Shown here piece after piece: positions 20,412-28,769 of a stretch of DNA of 64,000 nucleotides. The position numbers were made by a program, and so were the translations under genes. Below the pieces are notes generated by a model. The model was not told where the DNA came from, did no database searches, and was given only the letters and a program-made list of their open reading frames with translations. Origin of the DNA: an uncultured Alphaproteobacteria bacterium (GTDB lineage Bacteria > Pseudomonadota > Alphaproteobacteria > Acetobacterales > Acetobacteraceae); the NCBI GenBank assembly GCA_963850595.1, contig CAWKLS010000002.1, positions 903,711-967,710 on the forward strand, given 5' to 3'. Within the stretch, counting starts at the first letter, position 1. Each line of letters opens with the position of its first letter.

Positions 20412-21360
20412 CGACGTTGCCGCCGCCGCTCAGCGGATTTCTGGCCGCATCGTCCGCACGCCGACGTTGCGCAATGCCCTGCTGGACGAATTGACCGGCG
20501 GCACCGTCCTGTTGAAAGCGGAGGTGCTGCAGCGGACCGGCAGCTTCAAGCTGCGGGGTGCGACCAACGCCGCGCTGCAGCTCTCGGCGGCGGACCGGCG
20601 CGCCGGCGTGGTGACGCATTCCTCCGGCAACCACGGCCAGGCCTTGGCTTGCGCCGCACAGTCGATCGGCGTCGCAGCCACCATCTACATGCCGCGCGAT
20701 GCGCCACAGGTGAAGATTGACAGCACCCGGCGCTGGGGGGCTGAGATCGTGCACTATGACCGCCTGACTGACGACCGGGAGGCTCTCACACGGGACTATG
20801 CCGACCGCACCGGGGCCTCGCTGGTCCCGCCATTCGACCACCCGCACGTGATCGCCGGCCAGGGCACCCTGGCACTGGAGCTGTTCGGGGACGCGGCCGG
20901 GCTGCCGGTCGATGCGCTGCTGGTCTGCACCGGCGGCGGCGGCCTGATCGCCGGTTGCGCGCTGGCGGCGGAAGGCGTGCGGCCCAGCGCCGAAGTCATT
21001 GCCGTCGAGCCCGAGGGCTCCGACGACACGCTGCGTTCGCTGCGCAGCGGCCATAGGGAGGGCAACCCGCCCGGTGGTTCACAGCTTTGCGACGCACTGC
21101 TGGCCAAAATGCCGGGGGAGCTGACGTTCGCGGTCAACCGCACCCGGTTGGCGGGCGGCGTCGTGGTGACGGACGCCGAGGTGCTGGCCGCCATGGCGTT
21201 CGCCTTCACGCATTTAAAGCTGGTCGTGGAGCCTGGCGGCGCGGTGTGCCTGGCGGCCTTGCTGTCGGGCCGGTTCGACGCGCGCGGCCGCGTGGTCGGC
21301 GCCGTGCTGAGCGGCGGCAACGTGGACCCGGCGGTGTTCGCGCGCGCCCTGGCAGCCTGA
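20392..21360 (+). CDS. PLP-dependent threonine/serine dehydratase
   Basis: The GTG start at 20392 follows AGGAGA. The PLP lysine motif is GSFKLRGATNA, and GNHGQALACAA is also present. Confidence 0.85.
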   Translation: MQLPTHDDVAAAAQRISGRIVRTPTLRNALLDELTGGTVLLKAEVLQRTGSFKLRGATNAALQLSAADRRAGVVTHSSGNHGQALACAAQSIGVAATIYMPRDAPQVKIDSTRRWGAEIVHYDRLTDDREALTRDYADRTGASLVPPFDHPHVIAGQGTLALELFGDAAGLPVDALLVCTGGGGLIAGCALAAEGVRPSAEVIAVEPEGSDDTLRSLRSGHREGNPPGGSQLCDALLAKMPGELTFAVNRTRLAGGVVVTDAEVLAAMAFAFTHLKLVVEPGGAVCLAALLSGRFDARGRVVGAVLSGGNVDPAVFARALAA

Positions 21361-21425
21361 AACGCCGCTTTAGTCAAACGTTAAGCTTTCTGCCGCATCT
21401 TGCCCTGACATGGGCGAGGTCGGGT

Positions 21426-22442
21426 ATGAGCGGCACGAAGAAGAATGCAAAACCGACGATTATCATTCGTCGTGAAGAGATCATCGAGGGCGGTCATCAC
21501 GGCGGCGCCTGGAAGGTAGCCTACGCCGACTTCGTGACGGCGATGATGGCGTTCTTCCTGCTGATGTGGCTGCTGAACGCGACCACGCAGGAGCAGCGGC
21601 GCGGCCTGGCCGATTATTTCAGCCCAAATAACCTGACGTCGCGCAGCAACTCGGGATTTGGCGCGCCGTTTGGCGGCCTGACGCCGAACCTTGAGGGATC
21701 GCTCGCCTCCGACCGTGGCGCGGTTCAGCTCACGACCGGGCCGACCCGCCCGATCATCGACATGGAAGACAATGACGACGACACCCCGGTGATGACGCCG
21801 AAACAGCACACGAGCGGCCCATCGCTGCTGACGATGGCGCAGGACGGCGGCGCAGCTCCGGCCGGCTCGCTGGCACCTGCCGACGCTGCACGCCTTGCGG
21901 CATCGCCCGCACCAGTCAAAGCTGCGGAGGCAGAGGTTGAGCGGGAACAGCGGGAACACGCGGGCTTTGAGCAGGCGGCGGAGCAGATCCGCGAGGCCGT
22001 CCGGTCCGACCCGGCGCTGGCGGGCCTGGCAAAGCAGCTCGCCATCGATATCACGCCGGAGGGCCTCCGCATCCAGATCATGGACGAGGACCGGCAGCCG
22101 ATGTTCGCCCTCGGGGCGTCTGCCCTAAACGACCGTGCACGGGGGCTGCTGTCCAAGGTTGCGCCGGTGCTGCTGCGCCTCACGCAGCCGGTCGCCATCG
22201 ACGGCCATACCGACGCTGCGCCCTATCGCGGCGCCGACCGCAGCAACTGGGACCTCTCGGCCGAGCGGGCCAACGCCACGCGCCGGCTGCTGACCGATGC
22301 GGGCCTGCCGGAAGCCAGGATACGCAGCGTGGCCGGCCATGCCGACCGCGACCCCCTGTTGCCGGCGGATCCGCTGGCGGCGGCAAACCGCCGGATCGCC
22401 ATCCTGGTCCTGCGCGACCGTCCCGCGGCCGTGGTGCGCTGA
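21426..22442 (+). CDS. motB: Flagellar motor stator protein MotB (OmpA-like C-terminus)
   Basis: Contains GGAWKVAYADFVTAMMAFFLLMWLLNAT, and C-terminally IDGHTDAAPYRG...NWDLSAERANATRRLL...NRRIAILV. Confidence 0.88.
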   Translation: MSGTKKNAKPTIIIRREEIIEGGHHGGAWKVAYADFVTAMMAFFLLMWLLNATTQEQRRGLADYFSPNNLTSRSNSGFGAPFGGLTPNLEGSLASDRGAVQLTTGPTRPIIDMEDNDDDTPVMTPKQHTSGPSLLTMAQDGGAAPAGSLAPADAARLAASPAPVKAAEAEVEREQREHAGFEQAAEQIREAVRSDPALAGLAKQLAIDITPEGLRIQIMDEDRQPMFALGASALNDRARGLLSKVAPVLLRLTQPVAIDGHTDAAPYRGADRSNWDLSAERANATRRLLTDAGLPEARIRSVAGHADRDPLLPADPLAAANRRIAILVLRDRPAAVVR

Positions 22443-22445
22443 GCC

Positions 22446-23312
22446 ATGCTGACCATCGGCGGCCTGGTTTTCCTGCTGGTCTGCGTGTTCGGCAGCTATA
22501 TGCTGTCGGGCGGCAGCCTGGAGCCATTGCTCGAGGCGATGCCGTTCGAGCTGCTGACCATCGGCGGCGCGGCGATCGGCACCTTCGTCATGTCGAACAG
22601 CATGCACGACGTGAAGCACACGCTCGCCGGCTTCAAGAAGATCATGGGCGGCGCGTCGTTCACCAAGCCGCACTATATCGAGCTGCTGAGCCTGCTGTTC
22701 TTGTTTTCCCGCCTGGCCAGCACCAAGGGCGCCATGGCGCTGGAGCCGCATATCGAGAATCCGACGGAGAGCAGCGCTTTCCAGAAATTCCCGCGCATCC
22801 TCGCCAACCATCACGCGACCGCGATGATCTGCGACTACCTGCGCATGATCGGCATGAACGCCGACGACCCGCACCAGATCGAGGACCTGATGATCCGCGA
22901 GCTGAAGAAGACGATGCATGAGGAGATGCACGGCGCCCACGCGCTGCAGAGCATGGCAGACGCTTTGCCGGCCCTCGGAATCGTCGCGGCGGTGCTGGGC
23001 GTGATCAAGACGATGTCGCACATCAACGAGCCGCCGGCGGTGCTGGGCGCCATGATCGGCGGGGCGCTGGTCGGCACGTTCCTCGGCGTGCTGATGGCTT
23101 ACGGCATGGCCGGGCCTTTCGCGTCCCGGCTAAAGGGGGTCGTGGAGGAGGAGAGCAAGTATTACGAGGTGATCCGCGCCGTGCTGGTCGCGCATCTGCA
23201 CGGCAACGCGCCGCAGATCAGCGTGGAGACCGGCCGCAAGATGGCGCCGAACCAGCACATGCCGAGCTTTGCCGAGCTGGAGGCGGCCGTGCAGACGGTG
23301 CAGCTTGCGTAA
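22446..23312 (+). CDS. motA: Flagellar motor stator protein MotA
   Basis: The 288-aa, four-TM protein contains LPALGIVAAVLGVIKTM and GAMIGGALVGTFLGVLMAYG. It starts 3 nt after the motB stop. Confidence 0.9.
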   Translation: MLTIGGLVFLLVCVFGSYMLSGGSLEPLLEAMPFELLTIGGAAIGTFVMSNSMHDVKHTLAGFKKIMGGASFTKPHYIELLSLLFLFSRLASTKGAMALEPHIENPTESSAFQKFPRILANHHATAMICDYLRMIGMNADDPHQIEDLMIRELKKTMHEEMHGAHALQSMADALPALGIVAAVLGVIKTMSHINEPPAVLGAMIGGALVGTFLGVLMAYGMAGPFASRLKGVVEEESKYYEVIRAVLVAHLHGNAPQISVETGRKMAPNQHMPSFAELEAAVQTVQLA

Positions 23313-23361
23313 CGATGTCGGCGTGATCGGCTGCTCGTGCGTTCCAGGTAGGATTTGACCG

Positions 23362-23775
23362 ATGTTCAACGCAATCAAGCCGGGCATGAGGCCCAGCCGT
23401 CTTGCCCTTACCGCACTGGGCGCCTGCGCCGCTGGGGCGGTGACGCTGTCGATCGCTGACGGCCTGCTGCGTCGCGACTTGCCTCAGTCCTCACCGATGG
23501 TGCTGGCCTGGGTGTCCAATTTTCTCTTCCTGTTCGAGCAGGGCATCTACACCGCTGCCTTGTTCTGGGTCGGCGCCAGCTTCGTTGAGACACGAACGCT
23601 GTTGAGCGTCGGTTTCGACCGTCTGGATGCGGGCGCGATGTCGGTCAAGGGTCCGGACGAGGCCAACACGGTCTGGATCGGCCGGCGCTACGACGCGCAA
23701 TTGGAAGCGGAGGCGGTGGCGACGGCGCTTGAGTTGCGCATCCGGGAGGCGCAGAAGCGCTCTGATGACCAGTAA
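23362..23775 (+). CDS. Hypothetical membrane protein
   Basis: The 137-aa ORF is on the same strand, 49 nt after motA. It has two hydrophobic segments (LALTALGACAAGAVTLSI; VLAWVSNFLFLFEQGIYTAALFWVGASF) and a charged helical tail. I recognise no family. Confidence 0.55.
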   Translation: MFNAIKPGMRPSRLALTALGACAAGAVTLSIADGLLRRDLPQSSPMVLAWVSNFLFLFEQGIYTAALFWVGASFVETRTLLSVGFDRLDAGAMSVKGPDEANTVWIGRRYDAQLEAEAVATALELRIREAQKRSDDQ

Positions 23776-23962
23776 TCTTTCCTTATCTGGGCGAGTGCGC
23801 GGGGGCTGCGAGCCAAGGTCTCGCGCAGTCCATGCTGCCTTTCGGCGCTGCCCGCCGGTGGTGACTTTCGGCAACGTCGTCGCTGCGCGCCATGTTCCAC
23901 AATTAAAATCATCTACTGCCGCGGTGCAGCATGAAGCTTGATCAAGCCCGTGGCTCCGCACG

Positions 23963-24454
23963 TCACGTCCGTACAGCGGCACAAGCTGCGACAGCATCCA
24001 ATTGAGCAGCGGCCAAGCGCTGTCCAGCCAGCGAACCAGCGTAGGCTTTAACCAACCTGCTGAAGTTCTGCAATTGCGTCTCGACGGACATGCCGAGTGC
24101 CGCTTCCACAAACGTTTGCGGGCCGGCCAGCATCCAGTACAGGTCCCCGTCACTCGTCACCGAAAAGCGGCTCTCATCTTCCACCAAGACAAAGCAGGAG
24201 CCCAAATAGGCATCCTTGCTCAAAGCCGTAAAGCCAGTCGCAGAAACAGCGAAACGGTGCGCAGCCGGCGTCCAGAGTCCAGGTTCCCAAGGAATTTCCA
24301 ATGACCAGCCAGCAACAACGCTATGCGCTGCACAAGTTTGTGCCAGTTGCGCGGCAGCGTCGCGTTCCAGCTCGTCCTCGACCACGGCACACGCCCAGCG
24401 GCGCGCTTTCAAGACGTCGAGGCGAAACACCGGCGGCACACCCTCAACCAACAA
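23963..24454 (-). CDS. Hypothetical protein with atypical codon usage
   Basis: The 163-aa ORF has a natural composition (WSLEIPWEPGLW, DGDLYWMLAGPQTF) but many T/A-ending codons, unlike its neighbours. It has only a TTG start and no convincing RBS, so the 5' end is uncertain. Confidence 0.5.
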   Translation of the reverse strand: MLVEGVPPVFRLDVLKARRWACAVVEDELERDAAAQLAQTCAAHSVVAGWSLEIPWEPGLWTPAAHRFAVSATGFTALSKDAYLGSCFVLVEDESRFSVTSDGDLYWMLAGPQTFVEAALGMSVETQLQNFSRLVKAYAGSLAGQRLAAAQLDAVAACAAVRT

Positions 24455-24603
24455 CCCTACCGCTGCGGCCCAATGCCCTGTTTCCTCGAGGGAGCAAGAC
24501 GACCTGCAAAGGCAGATCGAGATTGCACAGTTCTTGCACCGACTTCATGGTTTACCCAACACGGCAATTGAGCGCGGCCTGCACCTACTGACAGCGGCGC
24601 CTT

Positions 24604-25812
24604 TCAAACCGCAGGCAGCTTCAGCGCGGCGTCGGACCCAATCAGCAGTTCGGCCAGGCGCAGCCGCTCCATACGGGTCAGCGTGCTGTTGATCGACGCG
24701 CAGGCGCCCGCCGCTGTGCGGCCCAGCAGCTTGTCATACACCGCAGCGGCGCCGAACCGCCGCCCTGCCATGGCCAACCGCCGCAGCCCGCGCGCCACGC
24801 TTTCAAGTCCTGTCACCGCTGCGTCGTCCAGCTCGGCGCCGGTTGCGGCCAGCTTGGGCAGGAACTCCTGGTCCAACGCCTGCAGCAGCCGGCTTCGACA
24901 AGCCTCGTCCGCCAGCTGCCGGGTGCGCTGGGCTTGGGCCCGCAGCGCCGGGCGGACGCCGGGTGCATCGAGCGCGTCGAGCAGCGCCGCGATATGCGCG
25001 GCCTGGAACGACGCGGCGGCGAGCCCGACCGAGGGGAGCATGGCGGTCAGCATATGCTCTGCCCGATCAAGCGTGTGCTCAACCGCTAAATCGACCTGCG
25101 CGCCCGGCATGGCCAGCGCTGCGAGCAGCACTGGGGCAGCGGTGACACCGTCCGCCAGCAGGACGGCAAGCACGATGCCCAACCCGGCCGGATGATGCGC
25201 CTGCGTGGTTTGCAGGATTGCACTGATGGCCGGCGTGGCATCAACGCCGCCCGCGTCGCGTGTCCGCTGACTGAGCGGGACCGCCTGGTGCAGCACCGCC
25301 GCAATATTTGCCCGGATTTCGGGATAGCAGCCCGCGGGTAGCCCGGTTGTGAACCCCCAATCTGAGGGAATCGGCATCTGCGTCAGCATGGCCGTGGCTG
25401 GCGGCCATAGCTTCGCGCCCGCTTGGTTTACGATCGCGTGCTGCTTGCCGTCGCATCCGGCGATGCTCGCCTGGATCGACGAGGCGAGTGGTCCGAGCCG
25501 CGCAATCACCGCATCGCCGATGCTGGAGAGCGCCGTCCGCGGCACGGCCGGGGCGCCGGGCCGCCAGCGCGGACCGGTGGTGATGACGGGGTCGAGCGGA
25601 CGGAACAACAGGCGAGTGATGGACAGCGGCCGTATCGGGTCGATGGCGGCCAAGCGTGCGCGCAGCGGCGCGATCAACGCATCCGCAGCGCCTCGCGCCG
25701 GCATGGCGTCCACCAGCGCCACCACCTGGGCGAGCTGCTCATCCGCCGCCCCCCGCAGCTTGCGCTGCACGTCTGCCGCTGGACGGGTCGCTGTTTGTGC
25801 CGATTGGGTCAT
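24604..25812 (-). CDS. Hypothetical protein (Ala/Leu-rich, helical-looking), no recognised domain
   Basis: The 402-aa ORF has G/C-rich third positions. Its ATG lies 1 nt after the stop of the upstream 335-codon gene (TAG G ATG). The antisense ORF 25349..26557 is Arg/Gly/Pro-rich junk. Confidence 0.7.
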   Translation of the reverse strand: MTQSAQTATRPAADVQRKLRGAADEQLAQVVALVDAMPARGAADALIAPLRARLAAIDPIRPLSITRLLFRPLDPVITTGPRWRPGAPAVPRTALSSIGDAVIARLGPLASSIQASIAGCDGKQHAIVNQAGAKLWPPATAMLTQMPIPSDWGFTTGLPAGCYPEIRANIAAVLHQAVPLSQRTRDAGGVDATPAISAILQTTQAHHPAGLGIVLAVLLADGVTAAPVLLAALAMPGAQVDLAVEHTLDRAEHMLTAMLPSVGLAAASFQAAHIAALLDALDAPGVRPALRAQAQRTRQLADEACRSRLLQALDQEFLPKLAATGAELDDAAVTGLESVARGLRRLAMAGRRFGAAAVYDKLLGRTAAGACASINSTLTRMERLRLAELLIGSDAALKLPAV

Positions 25813-25813
25813 C

Positions 25814-26821
25814 CTAGGCGGCCAAAGCGCGAAACTGCTCGTTCCGCGCCACCAGATCGAGTGCGCTGAGCCCAGCGCGCCAGTCTTGGCTCAGGCCCAC
25901 CATCGGGCGAATGGCCTGGTTCGCCTCCGCGTCGATCGAGGCGCCGATCCAGTGGCCGGCCTCCTTAGGCAGCACCGCCAGCATCTGGCCGATCTCGATG
26001 AGCGCCGCGCGTTGGGCCATGACGCCGGACGCCGCGCCCCAAAGCAGGCATGGCAGGCTCCAGCCGTCGAGCACCCAGGCCGGGCGGCTAAACAGGGCCG
26101 AGACGTCGCCGGGCCGGCTGCGCCAGTCAGCCAGCAATCCCTCGGCATCGGCCACCCGATCCCGCGCCGCGCCAAGCACATGCCCGGCGCAGCGGATCGC
26201 GAGGTCCGCCATGCCGCACGCCATCGGCCCGTAACCGGTCTCATCCGCACCCGTGTTCGTCCAGGCCGCAAGCTCCTCCCGCAGGCTTTTGAGCTGGACG
26301 AGGCGGACCGGAATGCCTGCCTGTGCGGCATGCGGCCCAATGCCGACCTCATCCACGACGCCGGCCAGGGCCGCGACCTCCGCCGAGCTCGCCTGGACCG
26401 TTGTCTGCGCGGCCAAGGCATAGAGCAGATAGCGGTTGGTCGCCTGCCGCGACGCGTTTTCCATTTGGACGGCGTTCGCCGCTGCCGCGTGCGCGGCGCG
26501 CCCCGCGGCGCCGTCTCCTGCGACCTGCCGGGCTGCTGCTCGCACCACGGCGGGTGAGAGCGGTTCGCCCCTGGACGCGGCTATCGCGTCGTGCAGCATG
26601 CCGTCATGCAGCGTGGGATGGCACATGTCGCGCACCCCGGACCAGGGCAGGACATAGATGCCGCGTCCGCCTGATGGATTGGGCACCAGCAGCGCCAACC
26701 CGTGCCGTACGTCCCGCCGCACCCGTGCGCCGGCCAGCGCCGGGGTCGTGAACGGCACACTGACGCCTCGCTCCCCGAAGGTGGCGGATTGATGCGAAGG
26801 GATCGGGGTCGGAAGGTCCAT
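25814..26821 (-). CDS. Hypothetical protein, no recognised domain
   Basis: The 335-aa ORF has host-like codon bias. It reads MDLPTPIPSHQSATFGERGVSVPFTTPALAGARVR...LLVPNPSGGRGIYVLPWSGVRDMCHPTLHD. It starts 32 nt downstream of the AlkA-like gene on the same strand. Confidence 0.7.
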   Translation of the reverse strand: MDLPTPIPSHQSATFGERGVSVPFTTPALAGARVRRDVRHGLALLVPNPSGGRGIYVLPWSGVRDMCHPTLHDGMLHDAIAASRGEPLSPAVVRAAARQVAGDGAAGRAAHAAAANAVQMENASRQATNRYLLYALAAQTTVQASSAEVAALAGVVDEVGIGPHAAQAGIPVRLVQLKSLREELAAWTNTGADETGYGPMACGMADLAIRCAGHVLGAARDRVADAEGLLADWRSRPGDVSALFSRPAWVLDGWSLPCLLWGAASGVMAQRAALIEIGQMLAVLPKEAGHWIGASIDAEANQAIRPMVGLSQDWRAGLSALDLVARNEQFRALAA

Positions 26822-26853
26822 GCGATGCGGTCCTGAAAGCTCCGGACGTGACT

Positions 26854-27516
26854 CTAACCCGGAGGTATGAATGCTGGGTTAAGAGCGCAGGGGGCGAGTG
26901 GCGCGTCGTCGAAGCTCGGTCGGCCCGTCAGGTGTCGCCAATGGTGCCATAACAGCCGGGCGGCCAGGGCGCGGCTTGGGCGCCAGGCCTCGGCCAGCAG
27001 GCGCAGCGTCTTTGGGTCCGGCCTGTGGGCCAGGCCCAGAATGTCCGCCGCCGCACCGGCCAATGCGATGTCTCCGGCCGGGAACACGTCCTGCCGCTGC
27101 AGCGCAAACAGCAGATAGACCTCCGCCGTCCAGGGACCCAGGCCGCGTATCGCGGTGATGGCAGCGGTTGCCTCGAGATCAGGCAGCGCCGCCAATCCCG
27201 CGGCCGAAAGCTGCCCGTTCGCAAACGCCATGGCGAGCGACCGCGCATGCGCCACCTTGGGCCGCGATAGCCCCGCGCCGCGCAGGGTTGCCTCATTGAG
27301 CGTCAGCAGCCCCGCCGGGTCCAATGCGCCAGGGAGTGCCGCCAAGCGGCGCCAGATCGCCAGCGCTGCCTGATTGCTGATCTGCTGTCCGACCACAATC
27401 TGCAAAAATTCTGCGAACCCGCCGGTGCGGACCCGCCAGGGCAGCGGGCCGGCAGCCGCCTCCATCCGCGCTAACCGGGGGTCGTGCGCGATCAGCGCGT
27501 CCAGTGCAGCGCGCAT
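26854..27516 (-). CDS. DNA-3-methyladenine glycosylase II family (HhH-GPD, AlkA-like)
   Basis: Contains FLQIVVGQQISNQAALAIWRRL, LSRPKVAHARSLA, IRGLGPWTAEVYLLFAL and VFPAGDIAL. Confidence 0.85.
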   Translation of the reverse strand: MRAALDALIAHDPRLARMEAAAGPLPWRVRTGGFAEFLQIVVGQQISNQAALAIWRRLAALPGALDPAGLLTLNEATLRGAGLSRPKVAHARSLAMAFANGQLSAAGLAALPDLEATAAITAIRGLGPWTAEVYLLFALQRQDVFPAGDIALAGAAADILGLAHRPDPKTLRLLAEAWRPSRALAARLLWHHWRHLTGRPSFDDAPLAPCALNPAFIPPG

Positions 27517-27585
27517 TGGCGCAGGCGGATGCGGAAACGCGCTCAGGTGAACAGGAGCGCGCGGCTCAGCGCAATCCGCGCTGGC

Positions 27586-28071
27586 TCAACGCGTATGGCA
27601 GCGCACGAGCGGGTTAGGGAAGTCGGCGCAGCCGGGAAACGTGATCTCGTTCTCACCCCGGCGCTGCACCCGCAGCTCGTCCGGTGACGCGCAGCCGAAG
27701 CCGTTCGCGCGGCCGCCGCCGTCGCCCAGCAGGCCGGACCCGCCACCGCCGGACACTGCGAAGCGGAAATCCGCCCCTTGCGGCGAGCTCCGCACGGTCT
27801 CGATCTCGCGCTGGGTCAATTCCTGCTCGGTGATGGTCGCGCGAAGCACGAGGTCACGGGTGAAGATCACCACCGGCTGTGACAGGCAGGCCTGGCTCGA
27901 TAAGCCGTTCGGCGCCGGGAAGATGCCGCCGGTCCAGGTGCCGAACAGCCAGGAGTGCGGCGGCAGGCTAGGGTCCTGTGCAGGCGCCGGGGCGGCCAAG
28001 GCGCCCGGGGGGACGACGGCGGAGGCAAGCAGCAGTGCGGCGGCGAGTTGAAAGGCGAAGCGGCGCATCAT
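27586..28071 (-). CDS. Secreted hypothetical protein
   Basis: The signal peptide is MMRRFAFQLAAALLLASAVVPPGALAA. The mature part has four Cys and a natural composition. I recognise no family. Confidence 0.6.
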   Translation of the reverse strand: MMRRFAFQLAAALLLASAVVPPGALAAPAPAQDPSLPPHSWLFGTWTGGIFPAPNGLSSQACLSQPVVIFTRDLVLRATITEQELTQREIETVRSSPQGADFRFAVSGGGGSGLLGDGGGRANGFGCASPDELRVQRRGENEITFPGCADFPNPLVRCHTR

Positions 28072-28190
28072 CGAGGTCCAATGCCGAAGGTTTCACAAAC
28101 TCTAGACGCAGGGCGCGCCGCACGGAAGCGGCCGGATTTGCGGCGGCTGGCGCGGCGTGGCATGGCACGGCCATCGTATGGGAAACCGCC

Positions 28191-28769
28191 ATGCTTCGAC
28201 GTTTTTACGACCGCATTCTTGCCTTGTCCGCCGACCGGCGCGCGCCGGTGTGGCTGGCGCTGATCAGCTTTGCCGAAAGCAGCTTCTTTCCGGTGCCGCC
28301 CGACGCGCTGCTGGTGCCGATGGCGCTGTCCCGGCCGGACCGGGCCTACCGCTTTGCGCTGATCTGCACCCTGGCGAGCGTCGTCGGCGGCATGCTCGGC
28401 TATCTGATCGGCTACGCGCTGTATGACCAAGTGGCGGCGCCGCTGATCCACTTTTATCACTACGAGGCCGCCGCCGATGCGTTCGTGGACAAGTTCAACC
28501 AGTACGGGCTCTGGGTCATCCTGATCAAGGGCCTGACGCCGATCCCATACAAGATCGTCACCATCACCTCCGGCCTCGCGCACTTCAACTTTGGCGTGTT
28601 CATGGCGGCCAGCGTGCTGACCCGCGGCGCGCGGTTCTTCCTGGTCGCCGCGCTGATCCGGCAGTTCGGCGAGCCGGTGCGGGCGTTCATCGAGCGCCGG
28701 CTGACGCTCGTGACCAGCCTGACCGCGGCCGGGATTGTCGGCGGCGTGCTGCTGCTGAAGTTCATTTGA
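28191..28769 (+). CDS. YqaA/DedA-related membrane protein
   Basis: Reads MLRRFYDRILAL...WLALISFAESSFFPVPPDALLVPMAL, followed by several hydrophobic segments. Confidence 0.8.
   Translation: MLRRFYDRILALSADRRAPVWLALISFAESSFFPVPPDALLVPMALSRPDRAYRFALICTLASVVGGMLGYLIGYALYDQVAAPLIHFYHYEAAADAFVDKFNQYGLWVILIKGLTPIPYKIVTITSGLAHFNFGVFMAASVLTRGARFFLVAALIRQFGEPVRAFIERRLTLVTSLTAAGIVGGVLLLKFI

Noticed and set aside
21426-23775. The motB/motA-like pair might be a Zorya-type (ZorAB) anti-phage system.
   Set aside because: MotA here is 288 aa with ordinary stator motifs and no long C-terminal tail like ZorA. No ZorC/ZorD-like nuclease or helicase genes follow, and the downstream genes are on the opposite strand.
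25349-26557. A 402-aa plus-strand ORF opposite the two hypothetical genes, which could have been the real gene.
   Set aside because: Its translation is Arg/Gly/Ala/Pro-rich with no hydrophobic-core pattern. The minus-strand frames have balanced composition, G/C-rich third positions and tight stop/start coupling.
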